A DNA stretch of 64,000 nt, taken from NCBI GenBank assembly GCA_004431415.1, contig QPMI01000644.1, positions 55,905 to 119,904 of the forward strand. Reading direction: 5' to 3'. Under the pieces are notes generated by a model. That model made no database searches. It saw only the letters and a list, made by a program, of their open reading frames with translations, and was not told the origin of the DNA. Each line of letters begins with the position of its first letter. Position 1 is the stretch's first letter. Shown here one piece after another: positions 46,801-57,933 of this stretch. The DNA comes from Cyanophora paradoxa CCMP329 (Eukaryota > Plantae > Glaucophyta). Both the position numbers and the translations under genes were made by a program.

Positions 46801-49161
46801 TTCACTGGGGGCGGGGCGGAGGAGGGGCGGGGCGGGGTAGGGCGCGGCTCAGGGTGGAGGGGGGGGGGGGGCGGGGGGCGGGGGTAGGCTTTGGGGGCGG
46901 GCACGGTAGGTGGGGAGGCAGGGGAGGCCCCGGCGCCCCGGGTAGGGCCGGCTCCACAGGTCGAAGAGGCGCAGCTGCGGGCGGGCGGGCGGGGGGTCCG
47001 TCAGGGGCTCCGTCGGGATCGAGGCCCCAGCTTAGATAAATCCTAGTCAACGATGGATCGTTCTTGATCGATCCGTTGAACTTTGAAAACCTAAAACACA
47101 ACTAGATCCCTTAGCCCGGGCGCGGGCGGGCGGGCGGGCACCTGGAGGCGGGGGTCGGTGAGGAGCTTGACGGCCCCCGCCGCGATCCCGAGCTCCACCT
47201 GGCCCCGCCCCGCCCCGCTGAGGAGACGGGGGTGGGGGCGGGGCGGGGCGGGGGCGGGGCGGGGACCCGGGAGGGGGCCTAGGCTAGGGGGACCTAGGCG
47301 AGGAGGAGCCAGATAGACGGCTGCGCCCCGGCTCCACCCAGCTAGGGCCGGGGCCCGGTTCAGGGGCCGGCTTCGAGAGGGGCGCACGAGGGCGAGGAGG
47401 CGGTCGGTGCCGGTCGGGGAGCGCCAGTCGTCCCCGGAGCGCGGCTCCAGCTCCGCCGCCGCGTCCGCCAGCTGCTCCGCCCTCCGCAGGTACTGCTCCC
47501 CGTACACTGCGCGGCCCGGCGCGGGGCGGGGCGGGGCGGGGCGGGGCGGGGCGGGGCGGAGTTAGAGGGAGGATTTAGAAGAACAGCTATCAGATTGAGC
47601 TATCAGAACAGCTAGGTGAAGCGAGCAGCGGCCCGGGGCGGGGCGGGGCGGAGTTGGAGGGAGGAAAAGACTGTCGCTGGCAGCTAGCAGGTTGAGCTGA
47701 CTCAGTGAGCAAGAAATTCGACTAGGCTAGGTGAAGCGAAGTTGGCTAGATTAGACTGGCTAGATTAGACTAGGAGAAGCTACCATCGCGCTTGGAAAGC
47801 TCAGACCGAGCTAATTACAAACTGAGCGAAAGCGGGGGCGGGCACCGTCCTCTTAGCTTAAGCTTAAGGCTAAGGCTCCAAGCTAAGGCTAGGCTAGGCT
47901 TAGCGGTTCTTACTTCTTAGCTGGCTAGGCTAGTTCTTAGCGGTTCTTAGTTCTTTAGCGGTTCTTAAGGCTAGGCTAGGATTTAGAAGAACAGCTACCA
48001 GATTAATAAGCTTAGCTAATTCTAAGCCCAGCTGCAGCGGGGGCGGCCCGGTGGGCACCGTCCTCGGCGGAGCGGACGCTGAAGACGCCCTCCTTGCCGC
48101 GCTCGCGGAAGGCCGCGGAGAAGGCGAGGTACGCGTGCATCGGGAACGCCGAGAAGCGCTGCGGGAGGGGCGGGCGGGCGGGTCGGCTCCGGCGGGGCGG
48201 GGCGCAGGAGGTGCGGGAGGCGCCGCGGCGCAGGCGCTAGCTATAGTCCCCGCTCTATAGCTAGGCACTATAGCCAGGGGACGCCCCACCGTCCGCTCGG
48301 CGCTGGCGGCTGCGGGCGCCAGGGGACGAGGGGACGCCAGGGGACGGGGCGAGTGCGCGGCGGGAGGCGCGGCGCTGAGGAGGTGCTGCTTGGCGCGCTC
48401 CGCCCTCCGGCGCGCGCGTGCGGGTAGCTAGGCGGAGGTGCTAGGGGCGCTCCGCCGCGCGCGGCGCTCTAGATCTCGGCCGCTCGCTCGCTCGGGCTGC
48501 TCGCTCGGGAGGGACGGGGCCGGGCACCTGGAAGGGGACCTCAAGGCGGAGCCGCACGACCTCGCCGACCACCGCCGCGCCCTCCGCCGACAGGTGGAAG
48601 TGCCTGCGGCGCCGGCGCGTTTGAAAAGGGCGGCGGCCGGCGGAGTGCCGGGGACGGCCTGCGCACCTTCCCGTCTGCGAGAAGATCTCGACCTCGCAGT
48701 TGGGATCGTCGAGAACAGCGGAGACGGCGCGCTCGAGGTCGCGGCGGCCCTCGCGGTTCCGCTCGAAGTCCTGCGGCGCCGCGGGCGGGTCGGCTCGGCT
48801 CGGCGGGGCGCGGCGAGCGATAGCTACAGCAACTTAGAAGCGCTCTCGCTGCGTAAGGCTAGACGCTGCATCGTGCAGCCGATGTCGATGTACGGGGCGA
48901 GGCGCTTACCTGCAGGGTCGGATGCTTGCTCAGGATCGCGGCCAGCACGGCCAGGGGCCGGTTCTCGGGGCCGGAAACGAAAGGCGACGGCGGCAGCGGC
49001 GATCGGACCCCCGGCGGCATTCGCGGCTGTGCGGCGGCCGTTGAGAGCTCGACGAGTCGGCGGCGCTCGGCGTCGAGCGAGGCGTCCATGAGAGCCTTCG
49101 CCGTGCTGGGCGAGAACATCGCCCGCGGGCCGTCCGGTCCGACGGCCACCAGCTGCGCCAT
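43857..49161 (-). CDS. TRP-family (TRPM/TRPC-like) cation channel
   Basis: S1 VKFVLDIVSYVLFLAAFTVVI; S2 LGLFVVGFAVSEVQQL; RDPWNIADLTILAFF; S4 VPLWVRPLHI; S5 KDFGTYLLVIVVMTLGFS; pore AFFGAFDF; S6 ANILLLNLLIASFSSTY; TRP-box-like AKYERVR; PPLNIL; C-terminal coiled coil. Confidence 0.85.
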
Positions 49162-49281
49162 GTGGATAGCTAACCGCGAAGAAATTGGCGGAAATGGTGT
49201 ACCCGCCGACGCTCGACGCTGTCAACCCGGATCGATATCCCGGACTTCGCGGGACCCGCTAGCGCTGCACATGCCACGGCT

Positions 49282-49418
49282 GTACGTTATTACCCCGCGC
49301 GCCCGGCCTCGAGCTCTGAGCGCGAGGCTCCGACTCGGAGAACTGCGAGGCTCCGAGGCCGTACGTTATTACCCCGCGCGCCCGGCCTCGAGCTCTGAGC
49401 GCGAGGCTCCGACTCGGA
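49282..49418. repeat. Perfect 58-bp direct repeat upstream of the TRP gene
   Basis: GTACGTTATTACCCCGCGCGCCCGGCCTCGAGCTCTGAGCGCGAGGCTCCGACTCGGA at 49282-49339 and 49361-49418. Confidence 0.9.
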
Positions 49419-50528
49419 TCATGAGGCCCCCAAATTAAAATAAGTTTGAGATCCGATATCGATGATGGCCGCGCGCCGCCCCCCCCGCGCCCTCCCCCGC
49501 CCCCGCGGCCGGCACCCCGGGCCCCGGCCCATATGCATGCATATGCAGGCCGGGCGGCCCGGCGGGCCCGGGCCGGGGGTCGGGGGCGGCACGCGTACGG
49601 GCTAGCCTAGTAGGCCAGTACTAGTACCATCAGCGAGCAACCCCGCCGGCGCGCGGCCGCTGCCGCTGCTGTGCGGAGGCGTACCTCCCGCTTTCTATTC
49701 CTTGCAAGGAAAGGTCGCTCATCGATCGCGATCTGGCCTGGGCCATGGGCTATAATATTAATTATAAATATAAGCTAATTAATATAAGGGCGCATGAAGA
49801 GGCGGGGGCAGCTATAATAGCAGCGCAGGAGGGGTAACCGGGGCGGGGGGGGAGGGGAGGGGGGGGAAGGGGGAGGGGGGGCGGAGGGGCTTAAGGGGTG
49901 AGGGCCGGGGACGGAGACATGGACAGGGGTCGGGGAGACACGATGTGTACCAGTGGCGGGCTAGAAAGGAAAGGGGCCCGGGGTGGAGGGGCGGTTCAAC
50001 GGTTGTCAGATCTAGAGGCCTGGGCGGCGGCCAGCCGGCGCAGCGGCGGCGGCGGCAGCAGCAGCGACGGCGCCCCAGGGCTTGAGGACCATCGCATCCT
50101 CGTCCCAGAACTCGGCCCCCAGCGCGCGCGGCGAGAGCTCAGCGGCTGACGGCGCCGCTCGATATCGGGAGAAGAAGCAAGGCCTGGAGCGGAGGGCGGA
50201 TCGGTTATGCGATTAGAGGCCGATGGCCGAGGGCGGAGGCCGCGGCGGGGAGAGGGGGAAAGGGGCGAGGGGGGGGGGCTGGAGCTCGAGGGTGGGTGGG
50301 GGGGGTGGGGGTTAAAAGGGGGGGGGTTGAAAGCGCGCGCCCCTCAGCCTCGGAGACGGGATGCGAGGCGCGGGGTGCACGTGAGGCCCAGGGCGGGGCT
50401 AGGGCGGAGGCCTGGCCATGGGCCCAGGAAGCTTTTAAGTCGCCCCTCGCGATCGGGACCGGCTCGCTTTAAAAATCAACCGCAAGCTCAGCTCATATGT
50501 GTGAAGAGGCATATAATTCGGTGGCAAT

Positions 50529-50565
50529 AGATAGCCTAAGGTGGCTTAGATGGGGCGGTAGAGTT
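50529..50565 (+). repeat. Short dispersed element, copy C, intergenic
   Basis: AGATAGCCTAAGGTGGCTTAGATGGGGCGGTAGAGTT; matches copies at 6451 and 15771. Confidence 0.75.
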
Positions 50566-50629
50566 GAAACGCTTTATCGCTCTCGGCTTTGTTCTTTAGA
50601 ATCGCTCAGCTTCACAAATAAGGCTCGGC

Positions 50630-52980
50630 TCACGTATGCGAAGAGGACGTATTCGCGGATGAGCCGCGCGATGATGGCGTGGTCGACGTTGCCCGCCTGG
50701 ATCCTGATCATGCGAATTGCGGAAGTCAACGTTCGACACGATACTCGAGAGCGACCACAACAGCAGATCGAATGGGGCGCGGACATTGCCGCCGTGATCG
50801 CGAGGCGCTGCTCGGCGGCCCTGGCGGTGACCTCCTGGCAGCGGTCCCACAGCGAGGGCCCGCTGACTACGGGCGCGGCCCCGGCCGCCAGCGGCGCGCT
50901 CGCCCAGCCGGCCTCGGCCGCCGGTGGCGCGCGCAGCGAGGGCCCGCTCGCCGTTGCCACAGGCGTGGCCGCGGCCGCGGCCGCCATGGCCGGCGCTGCA
51001 CGCGCAGCGGCGCCGGAGAAGTGCGTGCTGCGCAGGCTCCGCTGTGATGCGGGGCGAGGCGACGCCTGCGCGGGCGGGGTGGCGGGGCGGGCGCGGGCGC
51101 ACGAGTGCTGCTGCCCGCGCAGCTGGCCAGGCGCGGCCGCGGCCGCCGGGGCCCGGGCCGCTCCGGAGCTCGAGCTCGAGCTCGAGCTTGACCCGAGGGC
51201 GCCCGGCGCCGCCGCCGGCCCCGGCGGAAGCCGCCGGGGCGCGGAATTCGAAGGCGCGGCCCCCCGGGTACGCCTCTCCCTCGTCGCTCGAGCTCGACGA
51301 CGAGCTCGAGATCCACGACTCGGGGTTCCTTCATTTGCAACACGCGCGCGCGAGTCAGCTCTAGAAGCCACAACGAATTATGATATAATATATAGCTTCA
51401 GGGGGACGATCGCTTTATCTTTATATAAGCTTCTCGAGAGTCAGTTTATATAAGATTCATTTTATATGAGCTTCTAGAGTCAGAGTCAGTTTATATAAGC
51501 TTCTCGAGGTTATTATATATGCTGGCGCACTCGGTTGGCCACGGCCCCGCATCCGGCGCCGGCGCCGGCGCCGGCGCCGGCTCGCCTCCCCCAAAAGCCA
51601 TATATATATGCATGGCCGCCGCCGCCGCCGCCGCCGCCGCGGCCGCCGCCGCGCCGCCGCCGCTCCCACCCGCCCCGGCATCCTCCTGGCCATGGCCGTG
51701 GCGGGCCTTCTCGGCCGCGAGCACCTGCCTCCGCGTCGCGTTCTTCGCCACCGCTCTGCGCAAAAGCAATGCGGCGGTGAGGGCCTGTACAAGATCCAGG
51801 CTTTATAATTAGAGACATGTAAAGGTATGTTAATGCTGTCGATATATTCGATATATCCAATTATAGTAAGGCTGCGACTGGGCGTGTATGTACGCACGCC
51901 GCAATTTTGTCGCGGTTCTTCTCGTACATGGCCTTGAGCTCGAGGAGGCCGCCGGGGTGGTCTGACTTGATGCGCGGGACGATGTACTTATTTATGTACT
52001 CGACTTTCTTGGGGAAATCGAACTTCCGGAAGCCGAGCCCGAGCTCGAGGCGCTTTGCGGTCGCCCGGTCGATGAAAGCAAGGGCCGGGTCGTGCCTCGT
52101 CGCCAGGTCGTACCTGCAGCGATGTGTATCGAGCGAGCAAACGTGAGAGAGAAGACGGTTTTTAATCTTTATATAGGGCCTAGCCGAAGCTTGAGGGGCG
52201 CCGGCGGACGGGAGCGCGCATGCGCATGCTAGCTCACAAGAGGTCGTACTTGTCGAGAAGCCGTCGTAGATGTCCCGTCGTAGGGGAAGCCGTCGTAGAG
52301 GTCCCTGGGATGCAGATCAATGCGCTCAACGTCGCCCGCTGGCCGGACGCCGCCGCAGAGCGCTGCCGGCCGCTGGAGAGGATTGGGAACAGTTCACGTG
52401 CACGTGCACCGTGAACTGTGCCCAATCGACATGCCAGCTCTTCCACACGCACTGCGTCCAGTGCGTCCTTGCAGATTGCAGTCGATGCTCAGCGGGCTTC
52501 AGGAGAGCTGCTGGCGCCCGCCTGCGGCGACCCCGCGTCCTCGATCGCTCGAGGCTGGCGGCGTTCCCCGCTCGCACGGCACGGCGCGTCGGCGTGATGC
52601 AAACGGCGCCTGAGAGCTCTAGAACCCCATCTGCGCCACCGGCTCGCGCCTCAGAGTCGAGGCTGGACGGCGCGCTTGCCACACGAACCGATGCTTAAAG
52701 CTTCGCTCCGCGAGCGCCGCTTGGGGAAGCCGTCGTAGAGGTCCATAGGATGCAGATAAATGTGCTCGATGTTTCCCACAGGCCAGAGCCGCCCGCAGAG
52801 CGCTGCCGGCCGCTTGAGAGGATTGGTCGCAGTTTACCGTAAAACGCGCTCAATCGAGGGGGTACGGGATACGCGCGTCGCCGCCTGCCTGGGCCGTCCC
52901 GAGCGGTCGGATTGGCGCCTTTGTCACGTATGCAATCTTCGGGGACTTCCACTGCGTCCAGCGCCCGCTGGTCTCCAGGT
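50630..52980 (-). pseudogene. Decayed coding-like fragments of unknown origin (pseudogene or mobile-element remnant)
   Basis: Protein-like islands (YDLATRHDPALAFIDRATAKRLELGLGFRKFDFPKKVEYINKYIVPRIKSDHPGGLLELKAMYEKNRDKIAA at ~51895-52113; IQAGNVDHAIIARLIREYVLFAY; DVERIDLHPRDLYDGF) are broken by stops, frame changes and AT-rich duplications. Confidence 0.3.
52283..52829. repeat. Diverged ~105-bp direct repeat pair (52283-52387 and 52723-52829), homology extending to ~52465/52965
   Basis: GGGGAAGCCGTCGTAGAGGTCC..GGATGCAGAT..CGCAGAGCGCTGCCGGCCGCT.GAGAGGATTGG present in both copies. Confidence 0.85.
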
Positions 52981-53327
52981 CCAAGTCGCAGCTGGCCACT
53001 GGACCGGAGCCGCAAGGCCCACTGTGTCGTGCAGCAGCTGCGGAGATGTAGCTCAGCCTCGGTGTGCAGCCCGTCACGCGGCTCTCTCTTCGGAATTCTC
53101 GGAGTCCACGGATAGCAGGGCCACTCGCTACATGCGCAGGCCGAAGGTGCCGTGACACGTGGTGCCCCGCAAAAGCCGCGTTCATTCCTCTCACGCGTAC
53201 GGAGCAGAGCGCGTCCGGGCGTCCTTGGGGACGCGGCCGCAGAGAAGCCTCGCCTGAGGCGTGCAGGGCTCGGCGAGCGTACTGACCTGTGCCGGCCTCG
53301 GGTGCGCATCGCCACCGCGCCGCTGGC

Positions 53328-55299
53328 CTAGTCCTCGCTAGCGCTCACAGCCCGCCCCGCGCGCAGCTGGAGCGGACGGAAGTACAGCGGGACGGGCGAT
53401 GTGACGCCAGCCGGGCCAGGGGGCGCACTGCTCGACGTTTTCCCCGCTCCGCCGCGCGACCGCGTCCGCTCCGCCCCCCTAAGCTGCGCCGGAGCGGGGC
53501 CCCGTGCGGCCCCGGAGGCAGAATGGCTTCGCGCCCTCGGGCGGCCCCAGCCGGCCGGCCCTCTGCAGCTGCCCTTCAGGCCTCGCGCGGCGGGCCACGC
53601 CGGCCCCCGCCGACGCCGGCGCGAGAGGCAGCCCCGCAGCTTAAGCGGCGGCGAGCTCAGAGCTCGCCCTGTGCCGCCCGCGTGCCCTACTACTCCTCGC
53701 TCACAGCTCAGCCCGCCCCGCACGCTCAGGGCACTAGCGGGCCGGCCCTCTGCAGCTGCCTTTGTTGGATGGCCAATGCATATGTAGTCCGTGGCACCCG
53801 CCCTACGCCCTCCGAAGCCCCGAGATCGAGGCTGAGCCATCCACTGCAAAAACGATACAAATGCTTCTATGATACCTTCCGTCGCACTATGGCGTACCGG
53901 TATATCCGGGCGGAGGGGGAGGGCGGCGTGGAGGGGTGGGGGGGCGCCGGGCCCGTCGCCAGGCCTTGGCACTCGAGTTCCAAGGGGGGGAGCTGCGCAT
54001 GCGGATGCGGCTGCGGCTGCGCATGCAGGCCGGCGTCGACGTCACCTCCCGCGCCGAATGCGGATCCGGAGCCCGAGCGGGCTTGCTCAGCACGTGCAGC
54101 GGGGCCGGCGCCAGCAGCGACGGGACTGGACAGGCTGGGTCGCGGCGCCGGCGCCGGCGCCGGCGCCGGCGGCCCCACGGCGAGCCCCGCGTCACTCCCC
54201 GGGGAAGGAGCCGACTCGTCGTCAGAAGCGGACCCAGAGGGGGAGGGGGACGAGCCGGTCTTCTTCAGGGGGCGCAAGGGGGCGCGCCCGGCGCCGGTGT
54301 ATGTCGACGGGCGGGCCCGCTTGAGCGTCACGGCCCCGCTGTGCAGGGCGGCCCACGTCTTGTGGGAGAGGACCTCGATAAGGAAGGAGGCGACGGGGCG
54401 GCCCGAGCCGGCCACGGACACCTCCAGCAAAAGGGGCCGCCAGCTCACCAGGAACGAGGTTGTCCCTGCGAACGAAGCGTCGGGGGTACAGATTTGGACA
54501 AGGATCCGGGGCGGCGCCCCGCGGCCGGCGCACGGCATCCAAATCGGTCTTCGGTGTAGCCGGCGTCGTTCACGCGGAGGAACAGCTCGGGGCACGGTAC
54601 CCCGGCACGCTTCGAGCCCGGGGGGTACCCCGCCAGCGCGAACTCCGATTCCGCCTGCCGTGCCCCGCTCCCGGGGCTCTCGAAAGCCGCCACCTCGCCC
54701 GTGTCTGACGCACCGCTCAGCGGGCGCGGCGCTGGGAGCACGGGGGGGAGCAAGTGGGGGGGGGGGGGGGGGGGTTTGGCACACCGGCGAAAAGCAGGCG
54801 CACGCGCAGAAGGCAACCGAGAAGGGAAGGATCGCCCCCCTGTTCTGTCGACGGAACGGCAAGCCTGTACTGCCTGCGCGGGCCGATTCGAATGCGAGTC
54901 ACGAGCCGGCCGGCGGCTGGCGGGCCGGGCCGCGGGTGGTGGGCTCCGCACTTGAAGCTGATAAGAGGGTAGTCGAGCTTCGGGTCCCGTGATCGCTGCA
55001 CCTCGAATGGTCCAATGGTGCCCCCGATGCGCTGGCAGGGACGTCATCGGCGGAGGGGAGCGCATGGGGAGCCGGCGAGGCGTTGACGCGCGCACGCGCG
55101 GGCGCACCTTGAGCTTGCCGTGCGCCACGACGACGGGGAATGGCGCAGCGCGTATGATTTGATTGAATCGTTTTGCGCCGGAAGCCGAAGCTTGCAGTGC
55201 CTCCGAGGAGACTGCGGGCCAGCCGGCGTCATCGCGACCGGCCGCGGAGCCGCTGGAGCTGGCGGAGCCAGATCGTGGATCGATTATCGGCCGCTCCAT
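53328..55299 (-). CDS. Hypothetical protein; N-terminal beta-rich domain followed by basic motif and Pro/Ser-rich disordered region (possible transcription factor)
   Basis: In-frame spliced exons MERPIIDP..HGKLK | RIGGTIGPFEVQ..YPLISFK | QYRLAV..LRVRLLFA | DTGEVAAF..ELFLRVND..| RPLLLEVSV..VASFLIEVLSHK..KRARP. 3' end uncertain. Confidence 0.5.
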
Positions 55300-55823
55300 T
55301 ACAATGCGCGCCGTCAAGGCACGCTTCCCCGACGCTGACTACGGCCGCGCGCGGCCGACCGTCGCGCGTATCGGACTGTCGGACCGGACGTCAATCCGAG
55401 CACGCGCACGCTCGTGTCGGCTAGCCGCGCCAGGAAAACCACTTGCGACGACAGCTGCAGCTATCGTATTGCGCAACCGCTGCGCTACCAGCAAAACGGC
55501 CGGATCGACGGGTCGGAGGTTGGGGACGCGGTTCGAGACACTTACGGAGGCTGGAGTTACCCGCGCCAAAAGCGCACAGGGGGGTGCTCGTTGATGCTCG
55601 CAGCTCCGGCGGCACGCGCTCGTGCGGAGCGGCCGTGGCTGCTTTGCTCTTGGATGCAAAAAATTCACAGCCGGGTACCCCCAAGAAGCTCTGGGACCCG
55701 AGTCTGGCCTGGGGCCTGAGCCTGGCCTGAGGTACCGTAGCTACGCATACGCATACGCTGGACGCGTACGAGCGACGCGCGCCGCGCGGCAGCCCGCAAG
55801 GGCGGCCCCGGGCGCCGGCGGCG

Positions 55824-57933
55824 ATGCGCGGCCGCGATTCGCGGAGCTGGCGCGGCGTAATTATCCGCTGCTGCATCATCGCGCTCTCTTTCCTCCCTTT
55901 CTTCGCGCTGCTTCGAATATCGGGACCGCTCGGTGCGTACCGTGGTCGCTGCTCCAGTCCTGCGCTCACCGCGCGCCTTAGATGAGCAGGAGGCGTTTAC
56001 GCGCATGACGCGAAGAAAAGGTGGCGTCGAGGCCACCCTCGTACGCGCTCGCCCGACGCCCGCCCGGCGCTCTCGGCTGAGTGTGAGGCAGGCCGACTGC
56101 CTGCCCCACCTCGCCCCGCCGCTGCCGCGGGACGTCGAATGGAGCGAGCGACTTTTCAGGATGATCTCAGAGTACGCGTGCTGCGGCTCGTCGGGCGCGT
56201 CGATGCCGGAGCTGGCGCCACCGCCGGCGCCCGTAAGCTACGACCCGCTCCCGCCGGATGCGAGGAAGCTCCTGGAAGCGGAGAAGTGCTTCGTGCGGCC
56301 AAAGCTCGGTGCCCGACGAGCCCCGCACCGGCGCTGCGCGGCCGTCGATGTCGAGCGCGGCCAACGCCTTCGCGCACGCACGCGCATGCGCAGGCCCCAA
56401 GGTGGACCTGTGCGTGTACGAGGCGGCGCACGACAACATGATCTCGAAGTCGATCGTGCAGACGGGCGTCTGGGACATCGACACCATGCGCTTCCTCCAG
56501 TTCGCCCTCGAGGACGAAGCCCCGGGGATCGTCATCGACGTCCGTCCCGGCCCCGGACCGCCTCAGCGCAAGACCGCGTGACCGCGTGACCGCGTGACCG
56601 CTCAGCGCCACGCCCTGCGCGCAGGTCGGCGCGAACATTGGCCTCTTCACCCTGTCGGCGGCCGCCATGGGCCACACCGTGCGCATGCGCCGCGCCCGCC
56701 CGCCCGCCCGCCCGCCCGCCCGTCCGCGTCCCCGCCGTCGCCTGAGGCCCCGAGTCCCCCTGGGCCCGGTACGGTACCGCAGGTCTTCGCCTTTGAGCCA
56801 TTTTCTGAGGCGCGCCGCCCGCCCTCCCGCCCTCCCGCCCTCCCCCCCCCCCCCCCCCCCCCCCGCCCCCCCGCACCCCACCGCCGCCCAGCGAGCCGCT
56901 TCCCGCGCAGAACGTAGCTCGTCTGGCGGCCGGCGTCGTGCGGAACCGGCTGCAGGGGCGCGTGCGGCTGTACCCGGCGGCCCTCTCGGACTCGCGCTTC
57001 GCGGCCGAGATCGCCGTGGAGGGGACGAACCGGGGCGGGGGTACCATCCGCCGCAAGCCCACGCTCCTGCGCGAGGACATCGGGGTACCCCCCCATTTGC
57101 CGACTTCTCCGTCCCCCTAACTCTCGCTGGGCAGGAGGCGCGGCCGCTGGACGACTGGCTGGGGGCGGTGGAGGCCGAGCTGGGGGTCGCCGTGGGCGGC
57201 CCCGCGCCCTCCCTCCTCCTCCTCAAGCTCGACGCTGAGGGCCACGAGCCCCGCGTCCTCGCGGGGGTACGCCATCGTTTCGCCCCGCGGGCTCGGCCGG
57301 GGCCGACCGGAGCGCAGGCGGCGCGGCTCCTGGCGGCGCAGCGGCCCAAGTTCGTCGTGCTGGAGGTCTCCCCCGCGCTGGTCCGCCCTGCCCCGCCCCG
57401 CCGCCCGCCGCAGAGATGCCAAGCTGTAAGCGGGGGCGGGCGGGCGGGCGGGCAGATGGGCGCGGCCGGCTGCAGCTTCCGCCGCGTTGTGGAGGTGCTA
57501 CTCCGCGAGGGCGCCTACTGCGCCTTCGAGGGGGCGGCCCTCGACCCCTCCGCGCGCCTCGAGGCCGGCAACGCGACGGGGGTAGAGGAGTGGGCCGAGC
57601 GCGCAGCCCGCCTCCACACCGACGACCTCTTCTTCGTTCGCCGGCGCGCCCTCGATTTTGGGCCGCGTCTTCCTTCTTTCTTGCCTCGAACTGATTCTTT
57701 GGGCTCGCTCGCAGGGGCTCCGGCATCGCGACCTGCCCATAGCCGCGACCCGGTTCCAGCCCCGCGGACTGCAGGTGCCCCTCTCCGGAGCCGGGGATCT
57801 GTCAGGGCGCGCCGCCCGCCCGCCGCACGCGTGGCCGCCGCGGCTGTGGATGCGCGGCGCGCGGCCGGCCGGCCGGCCGGTTACGGGCCCCAGGCCGACC
57901 GGCCGTGGAGCGGCACTGGTGGGCCCGGCGTGA
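55824..57933 (+). CDS. FkbM-family (Methyltransf_21) SAM-dependent methyltransferase with type II membrane anchor
   Basis: TM VIIRCCIIALSFLPFFALL; ISKSIVQTGVWD; IVID|VGANIGLFTL; VFAFEP; LYPAALSD; LDDW; LLKLDAEGHEPRVLAG; VVLEVSP; DDLFF. Last exon uncertain. Confidence 0.88.

Noticed and set aside
53289-54992. 567-aa plus-strand ORF (likewise 8820..9995, 50497..51453, 60721..61596 and many Arg/Pro/Gly-rich ORFs)
   Set aside because: Antisense or off-frame shadows caused by stop-codon scarcity at high GC; better spliced genes lie on the other strand or frame.
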